Shown: in pieces, positions 37,931 to 48,050 of the stretch
Numbering within the stretch: position 1 is the first letter of the stretch
Layout of the letters: each line of letters opens with the position of its first letter
Source: an uncultured bacterium
Lineage (GTDB): Bacteria; Patescibacteriota; JACMRA01
Assembly: GCA_963704645.1 (NCBI GenBank)
Contig: OY969926.1
Location: 736,001-800,000, forward strand
DNA: 64,000 nucleotides
Reading direction: 5' to 3'
Made by a program: the position numbers and the translations under genes
The notes under the pieces: model-generated
Seen by the model: only the letters and a program-made list of their open reading frames with translations
Databases searched by the model: none
What the model was told of the DNA's origin: nothing

Positions 37931-39637
37931 ATGCCAGATCTTTTTCAAACTACTTTGTTGCCGCAAATTTTGGTTGATGTTTCGTCTGGCGAAAATGTAA
38001 ATAAAGATAGTTTTTTAGGGTTAAGTTTGAAAGCCAAGGAACTTCTTCCACAAATAAATTGGGTTATTACACAGCGTAAATTTGAATATTTCAGCGAAAT
38101 GTTGAACCTGCAAAACCATTCTAGCGTAGCAGTAAAGCGTAAAGTTGCAGCCGGCTTGGGTATTATTGGCAGAGCCGAGGACGCAGACTTAATTAAACCT
38201 TGGCTAGAAACAGAATCTGATAGGGAAACTTGGTTAATTTTGCAAGCTAGCATTGATAACCTTTCAAGAAAAAATAGTAATTCATCGTCTGAAGTTGAAA
38301 AGCTTACCGTTTCTGAAGCGATAACTTTAGTAAAAAAAATTTTAGGGGATAAAACTTATATTATTGAAGGCGAACTAACCGAGATTAAGCCTATAAATAA
38401 TATGTTTGCTTTTGGAGTGAAAGACAAAGAGGCAAGACTGAACTGTTGGATGTTGGCTTCTGTTTCAGAGAGAAAAAATATTCCCATGAATGATGGTTTA
38501 ACAGTAAAATTGAAGGGAAAATTTAAACTATCTAAAGATTCCAGGTTGTATTTTAATGTAGAAAGCTTAGATTTAACTGGGGAAGGTGAGTTACTTAGAA
38601 ATTTGAAAATGCTGGAAAGTAAGTTGAAAGAGGAAGGTTTATTTGATGAAACAAGAAAGCGAAAAATTCCTATCCTCCCAGAAAAGATATTGCTTTTAGC
38701 TAGCAGTAATGGTGCTGCTATTCACGATTTTGTAAAAGTGTTAGGTCAAAGGCGTGGAGGAATAGAAATTTACCATTTACCAATTAAAACTCAGGGAGTT
38801 GGGGCAGAATTGAACTTGTTAAACGCTTTGAATTTAGCTAATAATTTAACAGAAAGCTTGAAAATTGACTCGATTGTAATTACCAGAGGTGGTGGTTCTA
38901 ATGATGACTTGGCTGTTTTTAATTCTGAACGTGTAGTTAGGGCGATTTATTCTTTAAATAAACCTTCAATTGTTGCAATTGGACACGAAAAAGACTTTAC
39001 TTTGTCTGAATTTGTTGCAGATTTAAGGGCTAGTACACCAAGTAATGCGGCCGAGTTAATTTCGCTAACAAGAAATGAAGTTGTTAGTAAGGCAAATTTC
39101 GTTTTGCAAGAAACTGTTAGCTTAATCCAAGCTAAAATTATAAATTATTCTGAAGTAAAAACTAGGTTATCAACCAGTATTATAAATATTATACGAAGTA
39201 ATATTAATCAATTTCAACTTGAACTTAAAAACTTTGACACTACAATTCAAACCTTGGTTAATGATGTAAAGTCTTTAAATAGTCAGCTTTATGGTTCAAT
39301 TTATGGCTTAGTACAATTGCAATTTAATTTGGCTAAAATTCAATCTGTAAATTCAGAGGAGTTTTTTGGTGTCATAAGTTTCCACATACAAAACTACAAA
39401 CAGGAAACTAAGTTTTATTTTGAGAATATTAAAAACCTGCTAACTTCAGAGATTAAAAATTCTAGATACCAAGTTAATTTATTGTTTTCTGATATTCAGC
39501 AATTTGATATAAATTTGGTTTTGGAAAAAGGGTTTGCTTTAATTAGCCAAAATGGGAATGTTATTGAAACAAAAAATGCCCTGAAAAATGGATCTGTTAC
39601 AATTCAATTTCAGGACGGTGTGGTGGAAGTGGGGTAG
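37931..39637 (+). CDS. xseA: Exodeoxyribonuclease VII large subunit with N-terminal HEAT-like extension
   Basis: LTVSE, IEGEL, GEGEL, EGLFD..RKR.IP, GAAIHD, ITRGGGS.DDL..FNSE, AIGHE.D, ADLRASTPS.AAE, LEKGFA. Confidence 0.93.
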   Translation: MPDLFQTTLLPQILVDVSSGENVNKDSFLGLSLKAKELLPQINWVITQRKFEYFSEMLNLQNHSSVAVKRKVAAGLGIIGRAEDADLIKPWLETESDRETWLILQASIDNLSRKNSNSSSEVEKLTVSEAITLVKKILGDKTYIIEGELTEIKPINNMFAFGVKDKEARLNCWMLASVSERKNIPMNDGLTVKLKGKFKLSKDSRLYFNVESLDLTGEGELLRNLKMLESKLKEEGLFDETRKRKIPILPEKILLLASSNGAAIHDFVKVLGQRRGGIEIYHLPIKTQGVGAELNLLNALNLANNLTESLKIDSIVITRGGGSNDDLAVFNSERVVRAIYSLNKPSIVAIGHEKDFTLSEFVADLRASTPSNAAELISLTRNEVVSKANFVLQETVSLIQAKIINYSEVKTRLSTSIINIIRSNINQFQLELKNFDTTIQTLVNDVKSLNSQLYGSIYGLVQLQFNLAKIQSVNSEEFFGVISFHIQNYKQETKFYFENIKNLLTSEIKNSRYQVNLLFSDIQQFDINLVLEKGFALISQNGNVIETKNALKNGSVTIQFQDGVVEVG

Positions 39638-39752
39638 TTCAGATTTTATAACTTAAAGTTAGTAACAGTAATAAACTGAAACACAATTAGACAATCACTT
39701 CAGGAAGGGCTATATACCAATATAAGGTAATAATCTCCATTCCTTAACCTTA

Positions 39753-39893
39753 CTAATCTAAATTGGCAGAATTAAATAAAGCCCAAACAATTACAGTTGA
39801 AAGCACTATCAACAAAATTGCAAGTGGCCAATATGAAGCCAAAGTCTGAACATAAAAATTCAATACTTGTGTTACGCTAAAAATTCCTTTCAT
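39753..39893 (-). CDS. Small single-TM peptide (46 aa)
   Basis: AAGGAGG RBS then MKGIFSVTQVLNFYVQTLASYWPLAILLIVLSTVIVWALFNSANLD. Confidence 0.5.
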   Translation of the reverse strand: MKGIFSVTQVLNFYVQTLASYWPLAILLIVLSTVIVWALFNSANLD

Positions 39894-39976
39894 CTTTTCC
39901 TCCTTGGTTTGAAATCAATCACTCCTAGCATTACTAGAAATAACCAACCAAAAAAGCAGCCTAATATTATTTCCAT
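39890..39976 (-). CDS. Small single-TM peptide (28 aa; could extend to ATG 40057)
   Basis: AGGAGG upstream; MEIILGCFFGWLFLVMLGVIDFKPRRKR; ATGA overlap with the next ORF. Confidence 0.4.
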   Translation of the reverse strand: MEIILGCFFGWLFLVMLGVIDFKPRRKR

Positions 39977-40257
39977 TAGCGCATTTAACCTCCTACAAAA
40001 ATTAAGGTACTCAGTACTAACATTAACACCGAGCTTATAATTATAGAGTTTGTTCATTCATTTATTTTCACCTCCTTTTAAATACAGTACAGTTTATCAA
40101 GGTTTGTCTAGGATGGGAGTACTATTTTAGATTTTCGAAATGGGGTAGTTTAGGCTTGAGTTACTATTCTAGTATGGTGTCCAATTATAGTTTACAACGA
40201 AATGCTGATAAAGGCTTGACAAACTAAATGAAATACTATTCTTTTAGAATATTGCAC

Positions 40258-40331
40258 CGCGGGATGGAGTAATGGCAGCTCGTCTGGCTCATAACCAGAT
40301 AGTCTAGGTTCGAATCCTGGTCCCGCCACCA
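40258..40331 (+). tRNA. tRNA-Met (CAT), initiator-type
   Basis: C1:C72 mismatch, A11:U24, TCTGG-CT-CAT-AA-CCAGA, GGTTCGAATCC, CCA end. Confidence 0.92.
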
Positions 40332-40379
40332 AAAAAAGCTTTTAGCCTCAAACAAAAATAACATTAAAATTTTACATTT

Positions 40380-40456
40380 GGGATTGTAGCTCAGCTGGTT
40401 AGAGCGCCGCCCTGTCACGGCGGAGGTCACGGGTTCGAGTCCCGCCAGTCCCGCCA
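40380..40456 (+). tRNA. tRNA-Asp (GTC)
   Basis: GGGATTG...CCGCC-CT-GTC-AC-GGCGG...GGTTCGAGTCC...CAGTCCC-G-CCA. Confidence 0.97.
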
Positions 40457-40523
40457 TTTTGGCTTTTAAACAAAAATTCAATAAATATAACTTTAACTAC
40501 AAAAACTTTTTTGTTAAAATTTA

Positions 40524-40546
40524 ATCCCCGCAAGGGGTTGTTTTTA
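40524..40546 (+). terminator. Terminator after the tRNA pair
   Basis: ATCCCC-gcaa-GGGGTT plus T tract. Confidence 0.7.
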
Positions 40547-40600
40547 TATCAAGGTCTAAAAAATGGCTTATTTTAACAAGGATTGCTAGATTAATAATTT

Positions 40601-41251
40601 ATGACTGAAAAACTTTTTCAAAACAACAGGGTGGAAGATAATATTATTGCTCCGATTGTTGTTGCTTTTATTACTACGTTTATTTTAAATTTAGTATATG
40701 AGTGGTTTATTAAAAAGTATATCGAAGTTGACCGAGAATTGTTACTTATAAAAAAGAGAGAACAAGCTAATTTTATTGCCAAATGTCAAAATATAGGACT
40801 ATTTTTTGGCCAGGTTAATTTAAAAAAATCAAAATTATGGTCGGAGAACGATTATAATCATTTTATTTTTTTAGTAAACCAAGAGTATGAAGACCTAAAG
40901 TTATTAAAACAGGATGTGGTTAAAGTTTTTAATTTTAGAGATCAAGAAAATGGTGATAATCTATTTTTTCAAAAATATTTCTCTTACTATATTGGATATT
41001 TAATTGGTAGAATGGGTGGTTTTAAAAAATACATCGAATTAAAAAATGAAATTGGTATAAATTTAATGCTAACAGAATTTGATGAAAAAAAATATTCAGA
41101 AAATTTCCAACTTTTTGATACATATTTTGCTTTCAGATTTAGTTATAATGGAATATTTTTAGATAATTTAAGGAAGATTTTCTACAAAACATTTCTTTTA
41201 AAGAAAGTAAAAATAGATGTTGAAAATTTAATAAAGGATATAAGTAGATAA
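40601..41251 (+). CDS. Hypothetical membrane-anchored protein
   Basis: 216 aa, N-terminal TM, very AT-rich. Confidence 0.7.
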   Translation: MTEKLFQNNRVEDNIIAPIVVAFITTFILNLVYEWFIKKYIEVDRELLLIKKREQANFIAKCQNIGLFFGQVNLKKSKLWSENDYNHFIFLVNQEYEDLKLLKQDVVKVFNFRDQENGDNLFFQKYFSYYIGYLIGRMGGFKKYIELKNEIGINLMLTEFDEKKYSENFQLFDTYFAFRFSYNGIFLDNLRKIFYKTFLLKKVKIDVENLIKDISR

Positions 41252-41460
41252 TCAAATTAAAATACTACTATTACAAAATTTATTTGAAGTTACTTTGTAA
41301 GATTTTATTGTATACAGCTTGGCTTAATTTCGATAAGAGGCTAGCGAAAGCCTAATTATTAGGACAATATATCTGTTCAAATATGTGATTTTTCGCTAAA
41401 TTTATTTTGTTTATATTCAACACAACTTTTAAGTATTAATAAATTATAATCTTTTAAACA

Positions 41461-41497
41461 TTGACACATTATGTAAACTATGTTACATTTTATGTAA
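41461..41497 (+). promoter_or_regulatory. parDE promoter with overlapping palindromic operator
   Basis: TTGACA-17-TACATT overlapped by the palindromes ACATTATGT and TTACAT-ttt-ATGTAA. Confidence 0.75.
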
Positions 41498-41512
41498 TTA
41501 AACAATCATTCT

Positions 41513-41770
41513 ATGTCTAATATTCATGTAAGCTTAACACCTAAATTAAATGACTATGTTCAATCTTTATTAGAATCTGGTTTGTATGGAAATGTTAGTG
41601 AAATTATTCGGGAAGCTCTTCGTAAACAATATCAATCTGATGTGTTGCAAAACAACCAAAAACTTGTTCAATTACAACAAGCAGTTCAGGTTGGTTTAGA
41701 TCAAGCCAAGAATAAACAATTTAGCGATGTAAATTTGGAAACTTTGCTTGGTAAAATTCAGGCTAAATAA
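41513..41770 (+). CDS. parD: Type II antitoxin, ParD (RHH) family
   Basis: HVSLTPKL..YV..L.ESGLY.NVSEIIREALR; L.QAV..GL.Q. Confidence 0.9.
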   Translation: MSNIHVSLTPKLNDYVQSLLESGLYGNVSEIIREALRKQYQSDVLQNNQKLVQLQQAVQVGLDQAKNKQFSDVNLETLLGKIQAK

Positions 41771-41773
41771 ATT

Positions 41774-42067
41774 ATGAACTTGAAAATAACAATTCAAGCC
41801 AGTTTAGATCTGGAAGATATTTTGGTATATACAAATGAAACTTGGGGCTTAGATAAAGCTTCGGAATATGGAACTAAACTTTTTCAATGTTTTAATAAAT
41901 TGCTTGAAAATAATTATTTAGGAATTGCCGCTGAATATATAAATGTAAATGTTAGAAAATTCGTTGTAGAAAAACATGTTATCTTCTATTCAATTGAATC
42001 AGACTATATTGTAATTCTCAGAGTTTTGCATACTAATATGGATGTACACCAGGCTGGACTATTTTAG
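41774..42067 (+). CDS. parE: Type II toxin, RelE/ParE family
   Basis: A..DLEDI..YT...WG..KA..Y; R.F....HVIFY; ILRVLH..MD. Confidence 0.92.
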   Translation: MNLKITIQASLDLEDILVYTNETWGLDKASEYGTKLFQCFNKLLENNYLGIAAEYINVNVRKFVVEKHVIFYSIESDYIVILRVLHTNMDVHQAGLF

Positions 42068-42093
42068 TTAGATGGAAATGCTTTCTACTCAAA

Positions 42094-43509
42094 CTATTCA
42101 CTAACAACCACACTCTTAACATTCACAAACTCCTTAATGCCGTGGCTGCCAAGTTCTCGTCCGAAACCGGAGTTTTTTACTCCTCCAAAGGGCATTTTAA
42201 TATTGCTTCTAACCATAGAATTTATACAAACCATGCCGCATTCTAAAAGTGGAGTTAGTTTTTTTGCTTTGTTCAAATCTTTCGTCCACAAACTTGCACC
42301 CAAACCTAATTTGGAATCGTTGGCAATTTTTATTGCTTCCATTTCGTCTTCAACAATAATTATTGGAACAACAGGGCCAAAAACTTCTTCACTATAAACA
42401 GCCATTTTATGGGAAATGTTAGTTAAAATTGTAGGTGGATAAAAACAGCTTGTAGAATTTTGTGTATCTTGCTTGGCAAACTCCATCCAGCTTTTTGTTA
42501 GAATTGCATTCTCACTATGGCCACCAGTTATAATTTTAGCTCCTAAACTTAAACTTTGTTCAACTTGTTTTTTAATATCTTCCAAGCTTTCCTGGCTAGC
42601 AAGTGGGCCAAAAGTGGTTTCTTTTTTGGTAGGGTCTCCTACAGCTTGATTTTCAAAATGAACTAAAACTTCTTTCACAAATTCTTCTGCAATATCTTTG
42701 TGTAAAATAAATCTTTTGGCTGCGTTACAGCTTTGCCCCTGATTCCTTAGTCTGGCTAAACTGGCTTGTTTTGCTGCTTCTTTAATATTGGCATCTTCTA
42801 AAACAATAAATGGATCGTTTCCACCAAGTTCCATAATGGTTTTCTTAATGGCATTTCCTGCCACAGCTCCAACTTTTCTACCTGCATTTTCACTGCCAAT
42901 TAGGGTAACTATGTTAATTCTGTCATCTTCAATTATTGGCTGAATTTGTCTTGAAGAAACAAGTAAGCTTGTCATCACTCCGCTTGGAAAGCCGGCCATG
43001 TTAAAAATTTGCTGAATAGCCATAGAAACCTGAGGCATATTGGAAGCGTGCTTCAAAAGTACTGTATTGCCAGCCATAATAGCAGGAATAATAGGGCGAA
43101 GGGCAAGGTAAAACGGGTAATTCCAAGGGGCAATGTGCAACAAAATTCCCATTGGTTCATATTTGATGTATTGATTATCATCACCATCAATTATTTCGTC
43201 AGTTAAAAAGTTTTCAGCATTGTCTGCGTAATATTCAGCAATTTGGGCAGTTTTTTCAATATCTCCAAGGGCTTGTGTAATTGGCATGCCCATTTCTAAA
43301 GAAATTAGTTCAGCAAAGTTTTGACGCTTTTCCCTTAAAATTAAAGAAAGTTTGTACATTAATTTAGCCCGGTGATCAAAACTGGTTTTGCTCCAAACCT
43401 TAAATTGACTAAAAGCTTGGTCCATTGAATGTTCCACTTTTTCGGCAGACCATTCTGGAACTTCTAGCATTACTTTTTGGGTAAAAGGGTTTTTGGAAAT
43501 TAAGGGCAT
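42094..43509 (-). CDS. NAD(P)-dependent aldehyde dehydrogenase (succinate-semialdehyde dehydrogenase-like)
   Basis: [47 protein letters not shown]. Confidence 0.92.
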   Translation of the reverse strand: MPLISKNPFTQKVMLEVPEWSAEKVEHSMDQAFSQFKVWSKTSFDHRAKLMYKLSLILREKRQNFAELISLEMGMPITQALGDIEKTAQIAEYYADNAENFLTDEIIDGDDNQYIKYEPMGILLHIAPWNYPFYLALRPIIPAIMAGNTVLLKHASNMPQVSMAIQQIFNMAGFPSGVMTSLLVSSRQIQPIIEDDRINIVTLIGSENAGRKVGAVAGNAIKKTIMELGGNDPFIVLEDANIKEAAKQASLARLRNQGQSCNAAKRFILHKDIAEEFVKEVLVHFENQAVGDPTKKETTFGPLASQESLEDIKKQVEQSLSLGAKIITGGHSENAILTKSWMEFAKQDTQNSTSCFYPPTILTNISHKMAVYSEEVFGPVVPIIIVEDEMEAIKIANDSKLGLGASLWTKDLNKAKKLTPLLECGMVCINSMVRSNIKMPFGGVKNSGFGRELGSHGIKEFVNVKSVVVSE

Positions 43510-43635
43510 AGGTGAAATGTTTTAAATTGAAAATAAACTGTTATTATAAGCTTGTAGAATTATCAGTGTTAAGTTGTCGTGGAGTCACCTTGAACTCGTT
43601 TCAGGGCCTAAACGTAAACTTGTCTCATATGTGAA

Positions 43636-43658
43636 TGGCTCGCAAGCTTCGCCGCTAC
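43636..43658 (-). repeat. GTAG-headed palindrome (REP-like)
   Basis: Reverse complement GTAGCGGCGAAGCTTGCGAGCCA; same family as 45889, 52897 and 52955. Confidence 0.6.
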
Positions 43659-43723
43659 TTGTCCACCCTGAATTGATGAGATAATTAAATCTTGGCTAGG
43701 GAAATATGTAATCAGAGTGTGAA

Positions 43724-44008
43724 CTACCTTCTGTTACCAGAATACTGTCCTCTGGCTAATTCGTTAACAAAATAAGAAAATATAGAGAAGACAATTACAG
43801 CTAGTAAAGTTGGAGTTTCAAAATAAAAACCGAAAAAGTTGAAACTAGGTAAAAAGCCAAAAGCATTAATTATTGGACCTGTAAAACCATATAACCAATC
43901 TGTAATTGGAACTATGGTAATGCGGAAAAATATTAAAATAAATCTAATAGCTAAAAGTGAGCTTAGAATTCCGAAAAAGAATGTGAAAAATTGAGTTATT
44001 AAAGTCAT
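43724..44008 (-). CDS. YggT family membrane protein
   Basis: LLAIRFIL..F; WLY.FT.P....F; FE..TLLA. Confidence 0.8.
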   Translation of the reverse strand: MTLITQFFTFFFGILSSLLAIRFILIFFRITIVPITDWLYGFTGPIINAFGFLPSFNFFGFYFETPTLLAVIVFSIFSYFVNELARGQYSGNRR

Positions 44009-44152
44009 AGGCTATGGGTTTAAGTTAATTAATTAAATGTTTTGAAAAGAGGCAAGGGGAGGTGGTGGAATTTTACTTGCGCAATTTTTAAATTTGTGTT
44101 GATATTAGGGGGCAAATGTAATTTCTGCAAAAAAGCAGCAAAAGGATTGTAG

Positions 44153-44497
44153 ATGAATATATCAGTAGCAAGAACCACAGCACAAAATGAGAATGTACCT
44201 GACGATCTTTCAAGTCATCAAGTCATCGCCAATTTGATTACAGTAAGGGAGTGCGATCCCAATGTTGTAGCGCACATTGTTGGCTCTTTTGATGAATTGG
44301 AAGCATTTGTAGATATTATTAAAAAGAACGAGGAAAGCGACGACCCCGAAGAGAGAGATCCAAATGTGGTTAAGATAGAAGTTTCTCATCTGTCTGACAA
44401 CAGCAAAGCAGCAGATGCTGCTAAACGCTTAGTTGATTGGCTGGAAAACCAATATGACATTGTGGAGCAGAAGCTGCTGGAGGGAGAAGAAGAATAG
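44153..44497 (+). CDS. Acidic hypothetical protein
   Basis: 114-aa ORF followed by terminator gactcacc...ggtgagtc. Confidence 0.7.
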   Translation: MNISVARTTAQNENVPDDLSSHQVIANLITVRECDPNVVAHIVGSFDELEAFVDIIKKNEESDDPEERDPNVVKIEVSHLSDNSKAADAAKRLVDWLENQYDIVEQKLLEGEEE

Positions 44498-44676
44498 CTT
44501 TCAAATCATAGACTCACCATTATTCGGGTGAGTCTTAATTTTTGGCAGGTTTGGAAGATGAATCTTATTTATTTTGACGAAAGTTACCTAGTATGCATAA
44601 ATAATAACAGACTTTGCAGGGCTCAAAATCTATTTCAAAAATTTTTATAAACTTCAAGCCCATACATTTAAAAACT

Positions 44677-45804
44677 ATGTTCAAACTTAGCTCTGAATTT
44701 AAAGAGCGCTATTATAACTTTATCTATAAATATTTTAATTTGGAAAAAGACATCAAGCTTTTTCCTGTAGATTTTAATAAAGAGTGGTATCAAATTGTAT
44801 TAGATCAAAAGTGGAACTTATCTTTACAGATTGTTGTCGAGTTTGTATCATCAATTTTCAGTTCTTTAACACCTTTGATTTTGGGAACTGCCTTTTTCAG
44901 TAATAAAATAGAGTATTTATATTATTTTGCATTTGGGTATATTGCTATAGAATTATTGAATAGATTTGTAATTCGCTACTTTTCCATTTTAATTTTGCAG
45001 TCCAAGAATAGCGTGGCATTTTCGGCCTACCAGTATTTTTTATCTGTAGACCCTATTTACCACACCACAAAATCTAGCGGGCAAATTATTAGTAAAATTC
45101 AAAAAACCACTTCTGATTTGGAAATGTTTATTTCTGGAGCTGCTGAAGTCTTTTTACCTACAATAGTTGGTTTTGCCACTGTGGTTATAACAATAGCAAC
45201 ATTTGATTATAGACTAGGTATTGTAGGAACAATATCTTTTATTTTAATAGCACTTGTGAACGGAGGCTTAAACTATTTAAATGCCGAAATTTTTAAGAAA
45301 AAAACTATTGCCGCTGAAGACAAAGCTAAAGCAGATTCTGTGGAAACCTTACAACAAAATGCTTTAATTAGAGCTTCTTTTGCAGCCAATGAGCAATTAG
45401 GAAAAGTTAAAAAAAGTACTACCAAGTATATGGTTTTGGAATCTGTAAGCAGGCAAACATTTGGAGTTACTAGAACTTTAACAAGAATCGTATATGTCAC
45501 TTCAACTTTGCTAATTGGACTAATTATTTATGATTTGACCAGCACTAACCAGATGAATGCGGGAATAGGTATTTCTTTGTTACTTGCCTATTTTAATGGT
45601 TCAGGACAAATTTTACGAATTGGAGATTTAATAAGAAATTTAATACAGATTGTTTCAAGGCAAGAAGATTTGTTTGATTTTATTAGGCAGTTTGGGGTGC
45701 AAAGCTATCCTGTTTTAGAAGGAGATAAAATTAATGAGAATGTTGCCTTGCAAATTCAACAGCTGCAAGATAAACAAAAAGAATATGAGGGGGATAGGAG
45801 GTAA
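44677..45804 (+). CDS. ABC exporter transmembrane domain protein (probable start ATG 44677)
   Basis: About 6 TM helices; YHTTKSSGQIISKIQ coupling region. Confidence 0.8.
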   Translation: MFKLSSEFKERYYNFIYKYFNLEKDIKLFPVDFNKEWYQIVLDQKWNLSLQIVVEFVSSIFSSLTPLILGTAFFSNKIEYLYYFAFGYIAIELLNRFVIRYFSILILQSKNSVAFSAYQYFLSVDPIYHTTKSSGQIISKIQKTTSDLEMFISGAAEVFLPTIVGFATVVITIATFDYRLGIVGTISFILIALVNGGLNYLNAEIFKKKTIAAEDKAKADSVETLQQNALIRASFAANEQLGKVKKSTTKYMVLESVSRQTFGVTRTLTRIVYVTSTLLIGLIIYDLTSTNQMNAGIGISLLLAYFNGSGQILRIGDLIRNLIQIVSRQEDLFDFIRQFGVQSYPVLEGDKINENVALQIQQLQDKQKEYEGDRR

Positions 45805-45827
45805 AAGTCACGGGCACTTAAAGAAAA

Positions 45828-45912
45828 ACACCTTCCGTCCTTCGGACACCTTCCTCAAGGAAGGACATCCCAACAACACAATTATTCATGGCGACACGAT
45901 GGTCACCGCTAC
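45828..45912. repeat. Two palindromic intergenic elements between the ABC genes
   Basis: ccttccgtccttcggacaccttcctcaaggaagg, and reverse-strand GTAGCGGTGACCATCGTGTCGCCA. Confidence 0.6.
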
Positions 45913-45927
45913 ACAAAATAATATTTT

Positions 45928-46710
45928 ATGAAATCAATTCACTTACAACTTAAAAATTTAAATTTTAAATATAATTCTACTACAACACTTTTTGAAAATC
46001 ACAATTTGGAGCTTCAAACAGGTTCACAAGAATCTCATCTATATGGAATTATTGGCCCTTCTGGGGTTGGTAAAACTACACTTATTAGCATTCTTGGTGG
46101 TCAGCTAAACCCAGATTCTGGGGAAATTTTAATAGATAAAGAAGATGTTTATAAATTGGATGATTTTGGTAGGAGACAATTATTGGCATTTCAGGCTCAA
46201 ATCTCAAGTAATCTAAGAGGAAAGCTAGACTATAACCTGCTTTTTGGTCTTCCTGCTAATGAAAAAATATATTCAGATGAAGATTTAATTTCTGTTTTAA
46301 AATCGGTTGGTCTTTGGAAATTATTTGAAGAAAAAGATGGTCTAAAAACTTTGATTGGGGAAGGTGGACTTAATTTGTCTGGCGGACAAAGACAACGTTT
46401 GAATTTTGCTGGGTTGTTTTTACGGGCAAAATATTTTCAACCTAAATTAATTATTATAGATGAACCAACCAGCTCTTTAGATGAAATTTCGGAAAAAGCT
46501 ATAACTAACATGATTGATGAATTAGCTAAAAATTCGCTAACCTTAGTTGTAGCCCATCGTTTAAAAACACTAGACAAAGCTATTGGAATTTTAGATATGT
46601 CTAGGGCCAAACTAGATAAAAACCTTGTTTTTTACAATAAAGATGACTTAATGAAAGTTTCACCATACTTTAAAAACTTGCTTGATGGTAATTTGGAATT
46701 AGATGAGTAG
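45928..46710 (+). CDS. ABC transporter ATP-binding protein
   Basis: GPSGVGKTT, LSGGQRQR, IIIDEPTSSLD, VAHRL. Confidence 0.93.
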   Translation: MKSIHLQLKNLNFKYNSTTTLFENHNLELQTGSQESHLYGIIGPSGVGKTTLISILGGQLNPDSGEILIDKEDVYKLDDFGRRQLLAFQAQISSNLRGKLDYNLLFGLPANEKIYSDEDLISVLKSVGLWKLFEEKDGLKTLIGEGGLNLSGGQRQRLNFAGLFLRAKYFQPKLIIIDEPTSSLDEISEKAITNMIDELAKNSLTLVVAHRLKTLDKAIGILDMSRAKLDKNLVFYNKDDLMKVSPYFKNLLDGNLELDE

Positions 46711-46759
46711 GGGGTTTTATTTTATTGACATTTAGCTTAGTTTCTCCAAATTTAGAAGC

Positions 46760-47080
46760 ATGACCATTAACCCTTACATTAGGTTAGTTTTGTTGCTTAG
46801 CTTGTTTTTTCTACTGTTTTTAAGCGCAGTAAGTTACACAACTTTGTTGGCTAGTAGTAATGTAGATTTGGAAGCAACTATTATTCAGGTTAACAAAACT
46901 GCTTCGGAAAGGAATACTTATTATAACGAAGCTAGGAATTCTTTGAACGGAGAAATTCAAGTTAGTAAGAATAATGATTCCCTGCAAAGCGTGAACAATG
47001 ACTCTTTAATTAAAATTAGAGATATTGCAATTACATCTAACAGTCCACAAAGTACAGGTGGGGCAATTACCGTAAGATAG
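46760..47080 (+). CDS. Secreted/membrane hypothetical protein
   Basis: 106 aa with an N-terminal hydrophobic helix. Confidence 0.65.
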   Translation: MTINPYIRLVLLLSLFFLLFLSAVSYTTLLASSNVDLEATIIQVNKTASERNTYYNEARNSLNGEIQVSKNNDSLQSVNNDSLIKIRDIAITSNSPQSTGGAITVR

Positions 47081-47116
47081 CTTGACATCACCGCCTCAAT
47101 AGCCAAATAAACATAC

Positions 47117-47593
47117 ATGGCCTTAGATTTATCAAACTTACCAGATTTAAAAGTAGGTGATGTTGCTCCTATTTTTTCACTTAAAAATCAGAAAGATGAA
47201 ACAATTTCTTTGCAAGAAGTTTTATCTAGCGGCAAAATGGTTTTGTTAGTATTTTATCCAGGTGACTTAACACCAGGCTGCACTGTTCAGCTTTGTGGAA
47301 TTAGAGATATTTACTCTGAGTACGAGGCAGCCAATGTAAAAGTGCTAGGTGTAAACCATTCTAACGCAAAGTCTCATCAAAAATTCATAGATACTTACAA
47401 TTACCAGTTTGATATTTTGGTAGACGAAGACAGGCAGCTACAATATGCGTATGGTGCTGTAAAAAACTTTATTGGCAAGGCAAGTACAAAGCGTGGAGTT
47501 TTCTTAATTGACACCGATGGTAAAATTATTTATCAGGTTTGGGGACAACAAGACAACCACAAAATTTTAGAATTCATTGGCTCTATTAAATAA
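47117..47593 (+). CDS. bcp: Peroxiredoxin (BCP/PrxQ)
   Basis: VGDVAP.FSL, FYPGDLTPGCTVQLC, R.VFLID. Confidence 0.9.
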   Translation: MALDLSNLPDLKVGDVAPIFSLKNQKDETISLQEVLSSGKMVLLVFYPGDLTPGCTVQLCGIRDIYSEYEAANVKVLGVNHSNAKSHQKFIDTYNYQFDILVDEDRQLQYAYGAVKNFIGKASTKRGVFLIDTDGKIIYQVWGQQDNHKILEFIGSIK

Positions 47594-47652
47594 TTTAGCT
47601 AAATTAAATCTAATTTAAATCAATCACAAATCTTATCAAATTATAATCAAAT

Positions 47653-48042
47653 ATGGCCCAAATAAACGTAAACGATTCCACCGCAAAATCTGGCAACTGG
47701 AAACCAGAAGAAGTTCCACAACTAACTGTAGATGTATACCGCACAGGAGATAGCATCTTTGTTGTTTCAACTGTAGCTGGGGTTAACCCAAAAGACTTAG
47801 ACATTTCTGTAGAGGGCAATACTTTGTCTATTAAGGGAATTAGAAGAAAGCCATACAGCGATAATGATAATGTAGTTTTACTAGAAGAGTGTTTCTGGGG
47901 TGAATTTTACAGGGAATTAACCATTAATGAAAATTTGGACGTAGATAAAATTAAAGCAACTCTAAATCAAGGTGTTTTAATGGTTGAAGTGCCTATCTTA
48001 AAATTGTCTTCCCATAGACGAATTCAAGTAGATATGCAATAG
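47653..48042 (+). CDS. Hsp20/alpha-crystallin family protein
   Basis: LTVDVY, VAGV...DLDIS, L.IKG.R, EECFWG.F.R, A....GVL.V..P. Confidence 0.92.
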   Translation: MAQINVNDSTAKSGNWKPEEVPQLTVDVYRTGDSIFVVSTVAGVNPKDLDISVEGNTLSIKGIRRKPYSDNDNVVLLEECFWGEFYRELTINENLDVDKIKATLNQGVLMVEVPILKLSSHRRIQVDMQ

Positions 48043-48050
48043 TTTATTTC

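Noticed and set aside
40236-40481. 81-aa minus-strand ORF
   Set aside because: Antisense to tRNA-Met and tRNA-Asp.
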